In this document: one piece after another, positions 31,945-36,545 of the stretch | Layout: every line of letters starts with the position of its first letter | Position numbering within the stretch: position 1 is the stretch's first letter | Origin: Hyphochytrium catenoides | Lineage: Eukaryota > Protista > Hyphochytriomycota | Assembly (NCBI GenBank): GCA_900088475.1 | Contig: FLMG01002913.1 | Coordinates: forward strand, 1-36,545 | DNA length: 36,545 bases | Reading direction: 5' to 3' | Position numbers and translations under genes: made by a program | Notes under the pieces: generated by a model | Databases searched by the model: none | Seen by the model: the letters and a program-made list of their open reading frames with translations, nothing else | Told to the model about the DNA's origin: nothing

Positions 31945-34900
31945 TGTGCTCAGTGTCAAAAGAGATTTGAGAGACTGGCACACTTCCGTTATCAATTTAA
32001 GGAGTTATTGGTGCAGCTTTGCATGTAGGTCTGAAATTCAGTAAGTGAGAGCTGCATGGAACCTATCACTCTGCCAAAAGAAACTAGCTCCTGGCGACTA
32101 TTCTCTACCTCTCACCAAAGAGAGACAGGGGAAAATGTAACAAAGGTGAACACCAGGTGAATTCGAGAGCTCAATCTTCAGTGACTCGCACTCCCAATGG
32201 CTTCGGCAGGCTACTCTGCTGGCTGAACTTTGCTAGCTCATTCCGTTGATCCATGGCTATCATGCTCAATCCTATGTCTATGTCTCTTGCATGCTGATTG
32301 CGACTGATTCTCTGCTGCCTAGCCACTGGTCACACAGATTGACATGGAACTTGGGACGAGATGCCTGCCTCCAGTTTGTTTGTCTCCTCCAACCGTCATC
32401 AGAACCGAGAGGCACATCACCCCAAGTGGCGAGAGCTCAGGTAGATGCCTCTGAAGCCATCCTCTGAACCTACCAGACAACAGAAAGATACTATGGAGGT
32501 GTCACTAAGGCTGTTCCTCTAACCCTTTGAGGCGGAATACCTTTGGGTGAGAAGCTCTCTTAGTTTCTATGACAGGAGAAGCTCAAGAATGGCGACACCC
32601 ACCAGGCTCCAGCACGTCGATCCTACCTCTAAGAGCTGACCACTGTATTGCGACATCTACCGTAAAATACGAAGGTGAATACTTCGTGTCTGCCTCTATT
32701 GCTGCTATTAAGGAGGGGAAATTTATCAGAAAACTAGCGACGAAATGAAGCCAAGAGCTATTGCTGCCAGGTGTCAAACATAGGTTACTCAGCTAGGAAC
32801 TACCTAGGAGTTCTGCACGGACCAAGACAGAGATGCCCAATGACCAAGGACAGACAGATGGGAAAGATCATGGTGGATGTCGCCATCGCTTTGTCTCCTG
32901 CTCCATGTAATTCTATGTACGGAGTAATAATTGGTGGATGACTCTATAAAGAAAAGAGTGAATGTCAACCGTGTTGTTTACAGGGTCACCGTCGGTAACA
33001 TACACTTTCTCTTTCCAGATGTCGCCACGCAGCTAGACTCCTCTGTCTGCGGGTGAACTCTGTAGAAGCTATGAAGGACATAGAAGTTCTAAAGCAGCAA
33101 CAGGAGCAGAAGGAAGAAATGACTCCCTGCACTGGAAGGTTGTTACCCTCTTGTGATTTGTCTCTCGAAAAAGGGTCGTTTTTTCTCAGAAGCTCTAGAG
33201 TGCTGCAGAATGCGGGTAGATTAGTCCTTTGTATTGAAGACTGTATGGTAGGGGTCGTGGACGTACAGGAAAGCTCTGCCTCTTGCCATTCTCTGGTGTA
33301 GAACAACCTTGCCGTGTCGTTTACAAAAGGAGCGATGATATCGAGGCCAGTAGACTCTTTTATGATGCAAGAAGGCTTAGTTTCCCAGCCTATCGATCGA
33401 CAGACTGGTGCGAGGCTCAGTCTCTTGACATTGTAAAGTGGCGCGCTTCTTTTGAGCTGAAACAAGGCAAGCTTGAAATGTAAAGGAACGTTGTAGTAGC
33501 TGTTCTTATCACATAAATATTTCCTGCAGCAGATCCTGACGGCTGAACGTCCTCCTGTTGCGTTGTTCTTCTGCTAAGAAATGGGCGTTGTTTATGGTCC
33601 AAGGTGGACTTAAAGCACGGGTCGCCATGGTCAACGACTTGCTGGCAAAAGTAATAGGAAGTCCCGGACGGCATGATCCGGCATTCGTCGACGGACGCAG
33701 TTGGTCCGCGGGGCTGCCTCCGTAGAAAGGAGTGGCATAGCGCGTATTGACTTTATTTATCATTGATGACCTTGAAACAACTGGCAGGAGAGCCTCAGGC
33801 GCGGCCCGAAAGTTAACCATGACCTGGAAAACGAAATGATGATTGCATAATATGTGTAGTTCCCAAGGACCAGGGAAGAAAGTACTTGTCCTCGTGACAC
33901 CTATGATATCTTCTGTACGTGCGAGAACACTCACGCTCACCATGGTAGCATTTGGTTGGAGTCATAACGTGCAGGCTAAAGGAGGCAAGGGAAGAAGCGG
34001 CTGAGTGGTAATGCACTAGAGAAGGGTGGGACAGGGATAGGCAACAGCCTTACTGGGCCATGCTGAGTCGCGCAGAACGGAGGGTATTAAAGTTGGGAGG
34101 TAACTCAAGTATCCCTGGCAAAGCGACTTCGTACAGCGAAGATCAATTAGTCAGTTCAAGTGCTTTGGAACGCTATCCAAAATCGCCATGACAAACGGCG
34201 GGTCTACAAGCCGACGTACCACGAAATTGAAACAATTGTCAGCGATGGCAGTCTCACCTCGAGGCAGGTCAAAGGTATGGAGGGCACATGCTGTACTGAT
34301 TGTGATAGTCACCTCTGACGACTAACGTTATGACTGATAAGGACTCTATCCTCCAGGCCTCACTGGGTAATAAGTTACCGTTTTTCTATGATATCAGGCG
34401 AAGGGCCACATGCTTTCTGATGATCAGGAGGATAGACACCGCCACCTCTACTGGTGCAACGCTAATGATACTTTTGAGAAGGAACTGAGGTGACTTCAGT
34501 TCGGAATAGACAACAGAGTTAAGTAGTTACTTTGCACCTTTGGAGCATTCGTATCTGATGTCATGAAAGTGTACAGAGGTAGTGAAAACCACAGGCAAGA
34601 CCTATCTGATGAAAGGTAACAATAATACGAGAACAACGCTTACAACGAGACCTTTCACCTGTGCATATCGAAACTCCAGCTCTTGCCAGCCTGACCCTAT
34701 TCAACCCCAACTAATACGCACCAGAGTATAAGAATGTTTCTTTTTATAAAAGTTACCAGCAGTGTGTTCCATGGACGAGCCACGCGTGTCTCTATGAAAT
34801 GTTACATCTTTATAAAGTAGTGTAGTTGCCTGTGCAGATATTGACATCGTAAAACGGTACTGGTTGGTAGGTGATATAGTTAGTGCAGCAAAAGTACTCA

Positions 34901-35235
34901 GAGTGGGTTCTGATAGCTGTTCTGATAACCGTAAACAGTGTAGCTGTTTTGACGTACACCAACTTGCGTTATTCCTATGAAACCTACCTTATCTTGTCAG
35001 CAGAGGACCTGATTAGGTGGGGCTGAGCCTACTAGACTGCCATCATCAGAGGAACAATGTAGAACTATTAAGGTTGGTCCTACAAAGTAAAGGTACAATA
35101 ATAGCGAGTTCCTTATCCGATGATTTACGATCTCAAAAAGCTCATGTATCAAATGTACTCAGGCGCCTGGATCTGCCATCATCAGTTTAATGGTAGTTCT
35201 ATCGCACCTGGTCACCTAGAGTATCTGAGAGGGAA

Positions 35236-35277
35236 TACTTCCCTTTTGCTGGAGGAACTACTTCCCTTTTGCTGGAG
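35236..35277. repeat. 19-bp direct repeat with 23-bp period
   Basis: tacttcccttttgctggag at 35236-35254 and 35259-35277. Confidence 0.85.
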
Positions 35278-36123
35278 AAAATAAGGCAACAGAAAGACCT
35301 TCTAGAACGAATCCATTTTAATCTGAGCCTACCCTAACCTAAAACGATGGCGCTCTCTTAGTACTCTCAGAGTGCTAACTTAAAATAACGGATAGAGCAC
35401 ATTGTGTCCTTCGCATTGGCTCGGAGTTACTAGTTGAAACGGATGACCTGTAGTTCTATGGACCTAGAAGGTGCCACGAGCCACGAGCTATCAATCAAAA
35501 CTTCACAGCCCAACATAACGACGAAAGGCTCGTCATTTCAGTCAAAGTGCATAGCCTGGTGTCGACTTAGCGGCTGCTCTAAAGTAGTTTTACCTCTCTT
35601 CCTTGGGCGAGAAAGACCGATGTGCTGACATATCTATGGAACACGCGCTGAGGGGAGGGACCTGGGAAACAACGCTACTTCTTCTATAACCAAAAGCATC
35701 AGTTATTTATAAGAGATAGGAGTACCTGAGAAAATGTGTAGACATCAGTCATCGCCATCTCCCAATCGAAAATCTCAGGTACTTGTACGCACAACGTAGT
35801 AGGAGGGCGGATCCATATGCACCTAGTCAACAGACCTTAACGGGCTCTTAGCGCTGGTGTCATATGCCGCCACGCTAGTCTCAAGTGTTAGCCTTCAGTA
35901 GGCGTGCTTCTTTAACGTTTGGCAAGATAGATCAGCCATATGTCATATGTAATAAGGCGTCTAAGGTTCTCGTGATATACAAAGAAGTGCAGAGACCTCA
36001 AAGCCTCTTACTTATCCTTCATTATTGAATTCTCCACCCAGAGCAGAAGCGCCTTTCAACAGAAGGTCCAAGGCGAGACGAGATATTGGTGGAGGTGCGG
36101 TGTGGGCTTTCAGTTCAGCAAAC

Positions 36124-36545
36124 ATGAAATTCGACACCACCTTCGTCATTCTGGGGCTAACCCTGGCGTTGGGTGTTGCAGAGGGACAGAATGAGACTAC
36201 TGCATTACCAACCAAAAATACCTTCAAGCTGGACCTAAAGTGCGTCGTCATCGTCAACGAAGACTATTNNNNNNNNNNNNNNNNNNNNNNNNNNNNNNNN
36301 NNNNNNNNNNNNNNTTTACCACCAACCAGTATGCACAGCTCCAAGCATACTCCATCAAGTACGGCGTCAGGCAAGTGATCCTGGAGTCATGGCCCGAGGC
36401 TGTGCTAGGAATGGCACACTACAAGCTTACCGACGAGCGCGGTCTGCCGCCCACTGGAACCACTGCCAGACTGACACCAGCTTTCGGTCAGTCCGTCAAG
36501 AAATCCATCGTCCAGCCTAACGTGACCTTTGACCTTGCCCAAACT
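36124..36545 (+). CDS. 5' part of a secreted protein resembling Agd3/CE18 polysaccharide deacetylases (CBM87 region); runs off the right edge
   Basis: Signal peptide MKFDTTFVILGLTLALGVAEG, then KLDLKCVVIVNED and an N-gap (36269-36314). From 36315 a frame is open to the edge: FTTNQYAQLQAYSIKYGVRQVILESWPEAVLGMAHYKLTDERGLPPTG... This resembles the recalled Agd3-family pattern LTxxQWxxLxxYxxxFGVRxVxxxxxP. The CDS itself is well supported; the family call is moderate. Confidence 0.62.
36269..36314. other. Assembly gap (N run)
   Basis: 46 N. The reading frame changes across it. Confidence 0.99.

Overview
Eukaryotic nuclear DNA, probably from a protist; a stramenopile affinity is only an inference from the PDR transporter motifs and the PTPAPT mucin repeats. 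Genes carry short spliceosomal introns (about 58-245 nt), so most entries in the ORF track are exon fragments or shadows. Manual splicing recovers these genes: three divergent tandem paralogues of an orphan 7-transmembrane receptor-like family with identical intron positions (3.7-13.2 kb, minus); a PP2C phosphatase with a plant clade-G-like tail; a TPR protein; a membrane-anchored, bacterial-type tocopherol-cyclase-family protein; a DHRS7/7B-like SDR whose first intron is best explained as GC-AG; a secreted, probably GPI-anchored Cys-rich/mucin protein; an intronless full-size PDR/ABCG transporter; and, at the right edge across an assembly gap, the 5' end of a secreted protein resembling the Agd3/CE18 (CBM87) galactosaminogalactan deacetylase family. 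Intergenic DNA is TpA-rich in spot counts and holds a few short inverted and direct repeats. No RNA genes, CRISPR arrays or intact transposons were recognised. All family calls come from motif recognition by eye, with no database search.
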